From: an uncultured bacterium
GTDB lineage: Bacteria > DYJV01
Length of the DNA stretch: 59,404 nt
Assembly (NCBI GenBank): GCA_964543655.1
Contig: CAZIZE010000031.1
Span: forward strand, 1 to 59,404
Direction: 5' to 3'
Position numbers and translations under genes: made by a program. Positions 50,467 to 59,404 of the stretch are shown here, one piece after another; position 1 is the first letter of the stretch; each line of letters starts with the position of its first letter. The notes under the pieces were generated by a model that was given only the letters and a program-made list of their open reading frames with translations, did not search any database and was not told the DNA's origin.

Positions 50467-50491
50467 AAAAAAGCGGAGCAAAAGCCCCGCT
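50467..50491 (-). terminator. Intrinsic terminator ending the acs operon
   Basis: Minus strand AGCGGGGC-TTTT-GCTCCGCT followed by TTTTT. Confidence 0.85.
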
Positions 50492-50522
50492 CTTTCTTAG
50501 CCATTTATAAATTTCAATAACT

Positions 50523-51515
50523 TTAAACTTCCATTTCAAGCCATGAATGTGAATATAAAACTTTTCCTGTTAATACAAGGAATGACTTGTAATATTCAAG
50601 CTCTATTCCTTCTAATTCTTTAGGATTAATTTTTGGCTGATTTTTATAATCAGTCTGAGTTTCTATATAATGACAAACTGTTGGAAAAGTTTCTTCATCA
50701 AGCTCATGAGCCATAAATCTACCTGCAAGATCAACAAGGTTTGGTCTTTCACCTTTACAAAGAGCCATCATATCTTTATCATAAGCATCCACAATAGAAG
50801 AATAGATTCCAAGAACCATATGCATTGCCTGATATGGACCATTTAATTTAGGTCTCAACTCTGTAGGTGTTCCATTTGAAACGTTAGATAAACCACATGT
50901 TGAAAGTGCACCAGGAGCAAAATCAGGGATCATAGGCAAAAATTCAAGAAAAGCAATAACCTGATTCAAACTAACACTTACTGGTAAAACTATTGGGTCA
51001 ATCCACATTTTATTTTCTGGAATACCAAATTCAAGTGCTTTTGCATAAATTTTACCAGCACAGTCTCCTCTTTCATTAACATCTCTTGGAATACCTTCTT
51101 CACTTAAAGTTAGTGCAACAAAGTTGCAGTTGTACTCTTTAACAAGAGGCATTCTCTCTTCAAGAGATTCAGGCTGAGCTGAAATAGAGTTAATTATAGC
51201 TGTCTCTGGATTTCTCACAACTTTCAATCCTGCTTTAACAGCTTCTGTATTAGTTGTGTCAAGAGCAAGTGGAATTTCATCACCAACTCTTGGATCAACT
51301 TCTTGAACAGTTTTTACAAGCCATGCCATCATCTCATCACCAGCTTTTCTTGCTGGACCAAGGTTGAGATCAAGAATTGTTGCACCAGCTTCTATCTCTT
51401 CTTCTGCCATTTTCTGAACTGGCTTAGCATTTCTCTCTTTAATAGCAGGGCCAATTGTTTTTGACATAATATTTATACTTTCTGCCAATGTTTCTATTTT
51501 GTAATTTACAGCCAT
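50523..51515 (-). CDS. acsE: Methyltetrahydrofolate:corrinoid Fe-S protein methyltransferase
   Basis: Pterin-binding barrel: AESINIM, LDLNLGP, LALDTTN, IINSIS, WIDP, GLSNVSNG; end of the acs cluster. Confidence 0.9.
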   Translation of the reverse strand: MAVNYKIETLAESINIMSKTIGPAIKERNAKPVQKMAEEEIEAGATILDLNLGPARKAGDEMMAWLVKTVQEVDPRVGDEIPLALDTTNTEAVKAGLKVVRNPETAIINSISAQPESLEERMPLVKEYNCNFVALTLSEEGIPRDVNERGDCAGKIYAKALEFGIPENKMWIDPIVLPVSVSLNQVIAFLEFLPMIPDFAPGALSTCGLSNVSNGTPTELRPKLNGPYQAMHMVLGIYSSIVDAYDKDMMALCKGERPNLVDLAGRFMAHELDEETFPTVCHYIETQTDYKNQPKINPKELEGIELEYYKSFLVLTGKVLYSHSWLEMEV

Positions 51516-51565
51516 ACTCCGTTCCTCCTTAAATTTAAATAGGATAAAATCCTTTTACTTTAAAA

Positions 51566-52915
51566 TTACTTACCGTAATTATCTTTGAGGAATGCTGGTA
51601 AATCAGCAGCTTCCCTTGTACCAATTACAACTTCCCAATCATCACCAAGCTCTTCCTGTAATTCACCACTAATCTGTGCAACATATCCAGGAATAATTAC
51701 CTGTTTATGGTTAACTTTTTCAGTAATACCAACTTTCTTCAAGAAAGGAGCTATTGCATCAGCAACAAACTTTCCAGCAGACCATGCTGTTAACACTGAC
51801 ATACCCTCAACATCCATAATAACAAGCCAGGTTGGTACCCTACTTGCCTCAACAACAGCAGCAACAATAAAGTATGTAAGAGCAAAGTTTGTTGTAACAA
51901 TAACTGGTGAATTTTCATCTGGATTATTAATTGGATAAATACCCTGCTCAACAACCATTGGTCTCTGTGGGTCTGTGTAAATATTAAGTCTCTGAATTCC
52001 AAGTGGTAATAAAATTTCAGGTTTAGCATCTGAAATTACAATTATACCACCATACTTTGCAATTGCAAGAGCAGCAATAGCAACTTCTTTTATCTTATCA
52101 TCTGTCATAAAACATGGTAAATTAACTGTTGGAAATCCAACATCTCTATTTTTCTTTTTAAGAGCTGCTCTTCTTACAAATGTGTTATGCTCAAACATGG
52201 TTTTTACATCTCTTGCTTCAGTATCAAGAATTAAATCTTTTAACCCAGCAGCAACTGCTTTTTTGGTTAATGCTTCTATTTCATCAATTGGCGCTTTGAT
52301 TACTAATGAACATTCATTGGCTTTTGCAACTTCCACTAATTTGTCAAGAGAATCTGCTGTAGCAGCATAAATTACACCTTTTAAGCCTTTAATAACAGCA
52401 GCGGCTTTTTCAAGAGCCTCTACATTTTCACTCATTATCATAATAGGCTTTTTGGTATTATCTTTAATTTTTGTAACAAGATTAACAAACTTGTCAACAT
52501 CACCTGACTCATTGTAAACAGCAGCAAGATGTGCTTTTAATATGTAACCAACCCTTTCAAATGAAATTTCATTGAAATTTTTAAGTTTTTCATCAATTGC
52601 AGCATCATCTTCACTATCTTTAAAAAGCACACCTATTGCAGGAGGATTGATAAATGTTTTTTCATGTCTATAAAGAACTAATTCCTCACCAATTTTCAAT
52701 TGCTCATCACCGGTACCTACCACAACACCTCTAATAGGAGGAGCACTTGCCTCAGCAAGTTGTGCTTTTGCCTCTTCACTAACATAAGGACATTTTGAAA
52801 GCTCTGCCTTACCCTGAGCAAGCTTCATAGCAAATGCAAGACATGTTGGGTCACCACATTCCTTACAATTTTTCTTTGGTAATAACTTAAAAATCTGTAT
52901 CCCTGTTAAGCCCAT
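51566..52915 (-). CDS. acsC: Corrinoid Fe-S protein large (gamma) subunit
   Basis: LPKKNCKECG.PTCLAFAM, CPY, YTDPQRP, TTNFALTYF, SVLTAWSAGKF. Confidence 0.97.
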   Translation of the reverse strand: MGLTGIQIFKLLPKKNCKECGDPTCLAFAMKLAQGKAELSKCPYVSEEAKAQLAEASAPPIRGVVVGTGDEQLKIGEELVLYRHEKTFINPPAIGVLFKDSEDDAAIDEKLKNFNEISFERVGYILKAHLAAVYNESGDVDKFVNLVTKIKDNTKKPIMIMSENVEALEKAAAVIKGLKGVIYAATADSLDKLVEVAKANECSLVIKAPIDEIEALTKKAVAAGLKDLILDTEARDVKTMFEHNTFVRRAALKKKNRDVGFPTVNLPCFMTDDKIKEVAIAALAIAKYGGIIVISDAKPEILLPLGIQRLNIYTDPQRPMVVEQGIYPINNPDENSPVIVTTNFALTYFIVAAVVEASRVPTWLVIMDVEGMSVLTAWSAGKFVADAIAPFLKKVGITEKVNHKQVIIPGYVAQISGELQEELGDDWEVVIGTREAADLPAFLKDNYGK

Positions 52916-52951
52916 TTTAAACTCCTTTCACAAATTTTACTTTAAATATTT

Positions 52952-52974
52952 TAAGTGGGGGAATCCCCCACTTA
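52952..52974. other. Perfect 10-bp intercistronic hairpin after acsB
   Basis: TAAGTGGGGG-AAT-CCCCCACTTA. Weak U-tract in the sense direction, so an mRNA-stabilising or processing hairpin is as likely as a terminator. Confidence 0.6.
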
Positions 52975-52977
52975 TTT

Positions 52978-55197
52978 TTACATCATTGGATCCATTGTGA
53001 GACAAGGATGTCCAACTTTTTCAAGAAATTCATACAATTCTTCTTCTGTAGTGCAATCTTCTTCTGTTGCTATCATATCATATAGATTTGGAACACCTTC
53101 CTCTTCACCTCTCTTCTTAATAGCATCAGCAAGGAACTCTTTTAATGCTTTAGGCATCCATGCAAGTCTTTTAATTCCACCTTCAGCTGAAATGAACTTT
53201 TTAGAACCAACAAATAATTTGGAAATACCAACAAAACCAGGTGTCTGCAATCCACCACCAACAGTACCAGCAAGTGTAGAGAATCTCATTCCACAAGGTG
53301 TATCACCTGTATAATCCCTGTCAACAACCATAACAGCATTACACATTGGTAAAAATGCTGCAATTGCTTCAAAACAACCACATGATGTCATTGGAGCATC
53401 CATAATTGAGTAAGCACAAGCATATTCAACAGCCTGGTTTGAATGGGTAAATATAAATTCATCTGTATTTTTCCATCTACCTTTAACAGGATCAACAACA
53501 TCACCTTTAGGAATTGGCTGGTTAGGACCAGTTGGGTTAATTTCATAGGATGCTTTACAGTCAAGTAAGTTATATGCACCGCAAAGTCCTGGTCTTTCTG
53601 GAGTGATTACACAAACGTGTGTTGGTGCAAATGATTGACACAATGTACATGAATAAAAGGTATCAACTTCCTCATCTGTAAGACCAGCAAGTCTGGTATC
53701 TCTTTCATGCCATACTTTTCTTGCATATTCAATTTTTTCTTTAATCTTCTCTTCATCAGTATAAATTGTACATTGAATTTTATCAATAATAGCACCAAAA
53801 TCTTGGTGTAATTTGTCATGCAAAATCTGTCCAAGGTGTCTCAATCTAAAACCAGCATCAAAAGCTTTTTTAGAGATTCTCATCCAGAGAATGTCTCTCT
53901 GACCAATATGGAGAACACCTTCAGCTTCATTTAACATATGGTGGAACTGTCTCTCTATAATTGGCTCAAAATCTTTCTGGAATTTTCTACCTGCAACATT
54001 TAGCCAGATTGCAATTGGTGTAAGACCACCTTCTGGCAATTCATCAATATCTTTACCAATAACTTCAATTTTACCATCTTCAACTTCATCCATCTCTTTC
54101 ATTTCACAGAATTCAAATCCTATTGATTTAGGTCCACCAAGCTCCAATCTCATCTGATCCTTCTTAATTCTTTCACCTTCAAATGCAGGACCATAAGAAA
54201 CAGGAACATCAACCTTTTTAATAACAATTTTAAGACCTCTAACTTCAATTGCTTTGGAAACAATTTGATCATGAGGCACATTAGAAACAACATGCTCATA
54301 AGTACAGATACCTGTAGGTAATATCTGAGGAATATCACTATCAGCAATAGTTGGGAATCCATAATTAATAGCACCAGCAGCTGCTGCATACCATTCATCA
54401 GTAACTTTTCCAAGAGCTATAACAAAAGCAAAAATTCTGTTTTTGTTGTATCTCAAAACTTTTTTATAATCTCCTGGTTTTGCACCACCAAAACTCATAG
54501 CAGCTCTTGTAGCAAAACCAAGTGCATGGATAGCAGCTGAAACATCTTTTCCAAATGGAACAAGTCTTGTATCCCAACCTAACTGAACACCTTCTTCTTT
54601 AAGCTGTTCAGCCATATTTTTGCCATTATGGTCTGCTGCCATAAATACATATAGATATTTTTCTTGTAATTCTTTTGCAATTTTAACAGCAGTTTCATTA
54701 TCAGGTGCTGCTCCAACAATTGCAGCAAAACCAGGCGCAGAACCATCAACAAATTCAACACCTCTTTTTCTCATAATAACATCATCTGCTGCACCAAGCC
54801 AGATATTATCACTTTCAGGGTCAACATATTCTGTACCACCAGGTAAGTAAGGGCATTTATCTGGATCAACATATTTTAATGCTTCCTCAATATCATAAGC
54901 AAAAAGTGTTGCCATACCTGCATCAAGAGTTGGTCCCAAGTATGGTAACCACAACTCTTCTGATGGAACATCTGGTAAAAGCTGTTTACATTTTTCAATA
55001 ACTGGTTTCATATCACCAAGAGTTTTTACAGCAACACCAAGGTTACCATATATAATAGGAAGATAGTAAGCTGTATTAGGATATGCAACTTCTTTATCCT
55101 CTCCATATTGTGCAATAGCATCATTTAACTTTTGCTCAACTCTTTTTACAATTTCATGTGCGCCTCTAATAGCAGCACTTGCAATAATTTTTGACAT
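52978..55197 (-). CDS. acsB: Acetyl-CoA synthase (bacterial type, full N-terminal domain)
   Basis: PNTAYYLP, FYSCTLCQSFAPTHVC..TPER.GLCGA, PMTSCGCFE A-cluster ligands. Confidence 0.97.
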   Translation of the reverse strand: MSKIIASAAIRGAHEIVKRVEQKLNDAIAQYGEDKEVAYPNTAYYLPIIYGNLGVAVKTLGDMKPVIEKCKQLLPDVPSEELWLPYLGPTLDAGMATLFAYDIEEALKYVDPDKCPYLPGGTEYVDPESDNIWLGAADDVIMRKRGVEFVDGSAPGFAAIVGAAPDNETAVKIAKELQEKYLYVFMAADHNGKNMAEQLKEEGVQLGWDTRLVPFGKDVSAAIHALGFATRAAMSFGGAKPGDYKKVLRYNKNRIFAFVIALGKVTDEWYAAAAGAINYGFPTIADSDIPQILPTGICTYEHVVSNVPHDQIVSKAIEVRGLKIVIKKVDVPVSYGPAFEGERIKKDQMRLELGGPKSIGFEFCEMKEMDEVEDGKIEVIGKDIDELPEGGLTPIAIWLNVAGRKFQKDFEPIIERQFHHMLNEAEGVLHIGQRDILWMRISKKAFDAGFRLRHLGQILHDKLHQDFGAIIDKIQCTIYTDEEKIKEKIEYARKVWHERDTRLAGLTDEEVDTFYSCTLCQSFAPTHVCVITPERPGLCGAYNLLDCKASYEINPTGPNQPIPKGDVVDPVKGRWKNTDEFIFTHSNQAVEYACAYSIMDAPMTSCGCFEAIAAFLPMCNAVMVVDRDYTGDTPCGMRFSTLAGTVGGGLQTPGFVGISKLFVGSKKFISAEGGIKRLAWMPKALKEFLADAIKKRGEEEGVPNLYDMIATEEDCTTEEELYEFLEKVGHPCLTMDPMM

Positions 55198-55249
55198 AAC
55201 TCAAACCTCCATAGTTTTTTTGCCTTCATGGCTATTTAAAATTTAAATT

Positions 55250-56191
55250 TTAAGCATAAAGTTCATTAATCAGTTCTTTCATAACAGAAACTGATTTAGG
55301 ATTTCTCATAATTAAAACTGAAGAACCTGCTGTTAAAACATCAAGAGCTGTTATTGTCTCCATAAGGATACCTCTTGTATCTTGATCTCCAAAAGAAGGC
55401 TCTTCTTCAATTGTAAGCATAGCTTCTCTTGTTTTCCATGCTTCTTTTGCAAGATCATTTACAAATGGTAACTGCATTTTTTCATCATTTTGTGCTAATG
55501 CAGCCAATGAGATTCTCTCCATAACTGAATAAGTATATTCAATTCCATAACCAAGAGCACCTGTTGTTGGATCCATAATAATTTTGTCAAGAGGAAGTCC
55601 AAGGTTTTCACAAAGAATATTTAACTGTTTTGCAAGGTTAACATCAATAGATGACTTAGCAACTATTGAATGTCCATAACCTATTGCAGAAGCAGCAATT
55701 TTTTTATAATTTGCTTCTTCTGCTGGCCCAAGAAGAAAATTTTCATTTGGAAAAGCTTCCATAATTGCTGGAAGAACTTCTTGATCCTTTTCCACATTAC
55801 CAGAGCCCCATATAATTAAAGGAACATCAACTGCTTCTTTAACAGCTTTAACTGTTTCAACGGCTTCTTCTGCACTTCTGTTAGCACCATTAGGATCTGT
55901 GCCAGCAAGTTGAACCACTATTAAATCAGCCCCATATTCAACACATTTTTTTGCCCATGCCCCTGGGTCATTTAAAACATCTTTAAAAGGCTCAACCACT
56001 GCTGGTGGCCATTGATCTGGTGCAATATCATACACCTCCATAGCAATAACTGGCTTATTAGGCCATTCTCCTTCAAAAGTACAAAGAGGCATACTGTTAT
56101 AACCACCTACCTGCACTGCTTTGTCACCTTTGCCTATGGTGACTACTTTAATTTTTCCTGCATAATTCTCTTTGGGAATTGCAAAAGCCAT
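55250..56191 (-). CDS. acsD: Corrinoid Fe-S protein small (delta) subunit
   Basis: IAMEVYD, SSIDVNLAKQLN, MDPTTGALGYGIEYTYSVMER. Confidence 0.96.
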   Translation of the reverse strand: MAFAIPKENYAGKIKVVTIGKGDKAVQVGGYNSMPLCTFEGEWPNKPVIAMEVYDIAPDQWPPAVVEPFKDVLNDPGAWAKKCVEYGADLIVVQLAGTDPNGANRSAEEAVETVKAVKEAVDVPLIIWGSGNVEKDQEVLPAIMEAFPNENFLLGPAEEANYKKIAASAIGYGHSIVAKSSIDVNLAKQLNILCENLGLPLDKIIMDPTTGALGYGIEYTYSVMERISLAALAQNDEKMQLPFVNDLAKEAWKTREAMLTIEEEPSFGDQDTRGILMETITALDVLTAGSSVLIMRNPKSVSVMKELINELYA

Positions 56192-56207
56192 TTTACACTC
56201 CTTTCTT

Positions 56208-56963
56208 TTAGTTATTTGCCTTAAAAATTTTATCTAAAAAATTAAACATTTGCTTAACAGAAACAGAATCTGCTGGCAAATTGTATGTTGGCTCTCCAGC
56301 CATATCTAATTCAGATATTTTTTCATCTTCCTGAATATATACATCTGGAGAGATGCCCTCTTTTTCTAAAAATTTCTTTGTAGCATCATCAATCTCACCT
56401 CTAACCCTGTTAACAATAATATAGTAATTTGCAATATTAAGCTTTAATGTCTCTCCAAGTTCTTTAATCCTTTTAACAGTCATTAACCCCCTTCTTGAAG
56501 GATCAGAGATTATAAAAAAATGATCTATATCTTTGGTGAGCAATCTGCTCATATGTTCCATTCCTGCTTCATTATCAATCACAATATAGTCATAATTGTC
56601 AAGTAAAACATCAATATACTTTTTACAAAGTGTATTTGCAGCACAGTAACATCCCTGCCCCTCTGGAGTACCCATAACAAGCAGGTCGTATCCATCCCCT
56701 TCATTAACAGCTTCTTGAACTTTATACTCAATAAATGTATCTTTTGGCATACCTGAAGGCACATCAGTTTTCATTGTCTCTCTTGCATTACCTATTGTCT
56801 CATTAACTTCAATACCAAGAACTTCATTTAAATTAGAATTAGTATCTGCATCAACTGCTAACACAGAACCAAGTTTATTTTCAACAATATATCTAATCAT
56901 CAATCCTGTTAATGTTGTTTTACCAGTTCCACCTTTACCAGCAACTGCTATTTTAACTGCCAT
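56208..56963 (-). CDS. cooC: CooC/AcsF nickel-insertion ATPase
   Basis: AGKGGTGKT, DAD...NL, GCYC metal motif, DNEAGMEHMSR. Confidence 0.93.
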   Translation of the reverse strand: MAVKIAVAGKGGTGKTTLTGLMIRYIVENKLGSVLAVDADTNSNLNEVLGIEVNETIGNARETMKTDVPSGMPKDTFIEYKVQEAVNEGDGYDLLVMGTPEGQGCYCAANTLCKKYIDVLLDNYDYIVIDNEAGMEHMSRLLTKDIDHFFIISDPSRRGLMTVKRIKELGETLKLNIANYYIIVNRVRGEIDDATKKFLEKEGISPDVYIQEDEKISELDMAGEPTYNLPADSVSVKQMFNFLDKIFKANN

Positions 56964-56977
56964 AAAACCTCCTAAAT

Positions 56978-58993
56978 TTATTTATTCCTTTCTCTTGCAG
57001 CTCTTTTTTCTTCAATCTCTTTAATTGTATTTGGAAATAAACTCCCATCTGTATGAGGGAGAAAACAAGCTGCTACAAATTCATTCATAAAATTAACATT
57101 ATCTGCAAGCTCTATATGAGTCATCATATTACTAACTTTTTCAGATTCTTTCATTAGATCTTTTGAAAAAGCTACAAGTCTTGCTCCAAGAAGAGATGAA
57201 TTTCCAACATAAATAAATTTGCTAAAATCCATTTCTGGAAACAATCCAATTTTCACTGCTTTTTCAAGGTTAATAAACTTTCCAAAGCCACCAGCAATAA
57301 TAACTCTGTCAAGGTCATCAAAAGTCATACCAACACTGTCAAGCAAAGTTTTGCACCCTGCAAAGATAGCACCTTTTGCTCTAATAAGGTTGTCTATATC
57401 AGCCTCTGTAATAACAATATCATTATCTATCCCTGACAAATCCTCCCACACAAGAACATATTCATAACCACCCTCTTCTCCTTTTCTCACTCTTGGAGAA
57501 TCAATATCTGGATTAAATTTACCATTCTGGTTAATAATACCTGCATAAAGCATCTCTGAAACAAGCTCTATAAGACCAGAGCCACATATTCCTATTGGTT
57601 TCTCATCTCCAATACTCATAACCATAGGTTCATAATTTGTAGGATTAATCTTAACATGATCAATTGCCCCAATTGTTGCTCTCATTCCATGCTTAATACC
57701 ACCACCCTCAAATGCTGGACCTGCTGAACAAGATGTACAAACAAGCCAATCCTGATTACCAAGTACTATTTCTCCATTGGTACCTATATCCATAAAAAGT
57801 GTAAGCTCTGGCTGCTGAAAAATTCCTGTAGCAAGAACACCTGAAACAATATCACCACCAACATAACTTGCAACATTTGGAAATGTGTAAACGTAAACAA
57901 AATCTCCAAGGTTCAACCCAAGTGAACTTGCTTTAACTGGAGGAAAAAGCCTTGCTGTTGGAACATAAGGTGCCTCTCTAATATATTTTGGATTAACACC
58001 AAGAAAAAGCTGTGTCATTGTGGTATTGGCACCTACAACCATAAAACTTATCTCTTCCCTTTTTACATTGCTTTTTTTAAGGGTTTCTTCAAGTATTTCA
58101 TTAATCGTTTTAACAACTGCTTTCTGCAAAACTTCAAGGCCATTTCCCTTTAAAGCAAAAACTATTCGTGTAATAACATCCTCTCCATAGCTAACCTGAC
58201 CATTATACAATGAATGCTCTGCAACAACAAACTCCTTACCACCAATATCAATTTCATCTATTCCTTTAACTATGCATTTATTCAGGTCAATAATCTGGCC
58301 ACTAATGGATGTTGTGCCTATATCAACTGCAAAAGCAAAGTTTCTTATATTCTCAGTTTTTGGATTAATATCTATAATTTTATAACTACTATCATTTGCT
58401 ACAAGTGTAACATTAACCTTGAAATCAGCTTTTCTTAAAACTTCTGGAAGCCTTTTTACTACATCAAAATTTACAGTAACATTATCATAATTGTATTGAT
58501 TTTTAATTGTCCTGAGTATTCTGTCAAGATCATTTAAATTATCATCTTTATTGGGCTTATCTATATCAAGAAAAAGTTTAAAAACAGTTGGCTCAATATC
58601 AAATGATGGAATTAAATGCTTTATTTTACTTGAGGATAAAATGAAATCTTTATCAAGTTGAAAAACAGAGCTATCTACCTGTGATTCTTTAGGTATAATA
58701 ACTTCAATTGGCCCTTTAACCTTGGTTAAACATGCAAGTCTGTATCCTTCCTCAATTTCCTCTTTGTCAAGTTTTGGGCTTTTTCCACCAATGTAATTAT
58801 CGCCAATAATTTTGACCTTACACTTACCACATGCTCCAATACCACCACATGAAGCATTAATATGAACCCCTGCAGCCATTGCTATTTTAAGGAGGTTTTC
58901 TCCCTCTTTATATACCTCAATTTCAACATTATTTGGTAAAAACTTTACTTTAAATTTGCCTTCTGGTTTTTTTACTTCTTGATAAACAGCCAT
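56978..58993 (-). CDS. acsV: Corrinoid reductive activator (AcsV/RACo; 2Fe-2S + ASKHA)
   Basis: SCGGIGACGKC and RLAC 2Fe-2S motif; DIGTT, GEDVITRI, DIGTNGE, SAGPAFEGG, GICGSG, IAGGFG. Confidence 0.92.
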   Translation of the reverse strand: MAVYQEVKKPEGKFKVKFLPNNVEIEVYKEGENLLKIAMAAGVHINASCGGIGACGKCKVKIIGDNYIGGKSPKLDKEEIEEGYRLACLTKVKGPIEVIIPKESQVDSSVFQLDKDFILSSSKIKHLIPSFDIEPTVFKLFLDIDKPNKDDNLNDLDRILRTIKNQYNYDNVTVNFDVVKRLPEVLRKADFKVNVTLVANDSSYKIIDINPKTENIRNFAFAVDIGTTSISGQIIDLNKCIVKGIDEIDIGGKEFVVAEHSLYNGQVSYGEDVITRIVFALKGNGLEVLQKAVVKTINEILEETLKKSNVKREEISFMVVGANTTMTQLFLGVNPKYIREAPYVPTARLFPPVKASSLGLNLGDFVYVYTFPNVASYVGGDIVSGVLATGIFQQPELTLFMDIGTNGEIVLGNQDWLVCTSCSAGPAFEGGGIKHGMRATIGAIDHVKINPTNYEPMVMSIGDEKPIGICGSGLIELVSEMLYAGIINQNGKFNPDIDSPRVRKGEEGGYEYVLVWEDLSGIDNDIVITEADIDNLIRAKGAIFAGCKTLLDSVGMTFDDLDRVIIAGGFGKFINLEKAVKIGLFPEMDFSKFIYVGNSSLLGARLVAFSKDLMKESEKVSNMMTHIELADNVNFMNEFVAACFLPHTDGSLFPNTIKEIEEKRAARERNK

Positions 58994-59070
58994 TATTCCT
59001 AACTCTAAATTTATTTAATTCATTTAAACTTATTTTATTACCCACACTGGGCAATAAAATAAATTCAAAT

Positions 59071-59095
59071 AAAAGGGAGGTAAAACCTCCCTTTT
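59071..59095 (-). terminator. Intrinsic terminator after fhs
   Basis: AAAAGGGAGGT-AAA-ACCTCCCTTTT palindrome directly after the fhs stop. Confidence 0.8.
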
Positions 59096-59098
59096 CTA

Positions 59099-59404
59099 TT
59101 AGAACAATCCTTTGATTTCACCTGTTTCAAGGTCAATATCAACATTGTAACCAGCAGGAGTTTTACCAAGACCTGGCATTGTCCTCATTTCACCACAAAG
59201 TGGATATAAGAAACCAGCTCCAGCTGAAGGTCTAATATCTCTAATTGGCAATCTATAATTTTTAGGAACACCTTTCCAGGTTGGTTCATGAGATATTGAA
59301 AGGTGTGTTTTAGCCATACAAATAGGAAGCTTATCTAAACCTTGCTTTGTAAATAATTCAATTTTCTTTTCAGCAACTGGTGAATAATCAACGCCATCAG
59401 CATT
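59099..59404 (-). CDS. fhs: Formate--tetrahydrofolate ligase, 3' part (5' end beyond the window)
   Basis: Open frame from the window edge: ...ADGVDYS...[15 protein letters not shown]...[18 protein letters not shown]...IKGLF. Confidence 0.95.
   Translation of the reverse strand, partial: NADGVDYSPVAEKKIELFTKQGLDKLPICMAKTHLSISHEPTWKGVPKNYRLPIRDIRPSAGAGFLYPLCGEMRTMPGLGKTPAGYNVDIDLETGEIKGLF

Noticed and set aside
889-58438. Many 60-150-aa ORFs overlapping confident genes (e.g. 3446-3802, 8305-8754, 16993-17382, 48417-48872, 52955-53314)
   Set aside because: Antisense or alternative-frame shadows of long conserved genes with no recognisable motifs.

Overview
A gene-dense, visibly AT-rich chromosomal segment from a Gram-negative anaerobe, probably Desulfobacterota/deltaproteobacterium-like (inferred from lptD, lpxH, kdsD, a RomR-like gene beside valS and a bacterial-type acs cluster). 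Housekeeping genes include valS, kdsD, yajC-secD-secF-queE-radC, pckA, glmU, ctpA, ppx, folC, lptD, clpS-clpA-aat and the RNase P RNA gene rnpB. The right end holds a Wood-Ljungdahl cluster (fhs partial, acsV, cooC, acsD, acsB, acsC, acsE) with no CODH gene in view. Accessory genes include a TonB receptor / substrate-binding protein / histidine kinase trio, an exbB-exbD-tonB-fecCD-fecE operon headed by a DxNxDG-repeat protein, a CZB chemoreceptor, and an octaheme HAO-family cytochrome paired with a small siroheme-type Fe-S protein. The least explained signals are: (1) a ~60-nt leader with two AUGAA-pentaloop hairpins, the second overlapping an intrinsic terminator, ahead of the TonB/metal-uptake operon, with similar hairpins before acsB and acsV; (2) a heptamer tandem-repeat family, one copy inserted in helix P12 of RNase P RNA; (3) two copies of a small non-autonomous element with AGACCTTTGC ends; (4) a RomR/PopZ-like hybrid scaffold gene. 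All product calls come from motif recognition; no database search was run.
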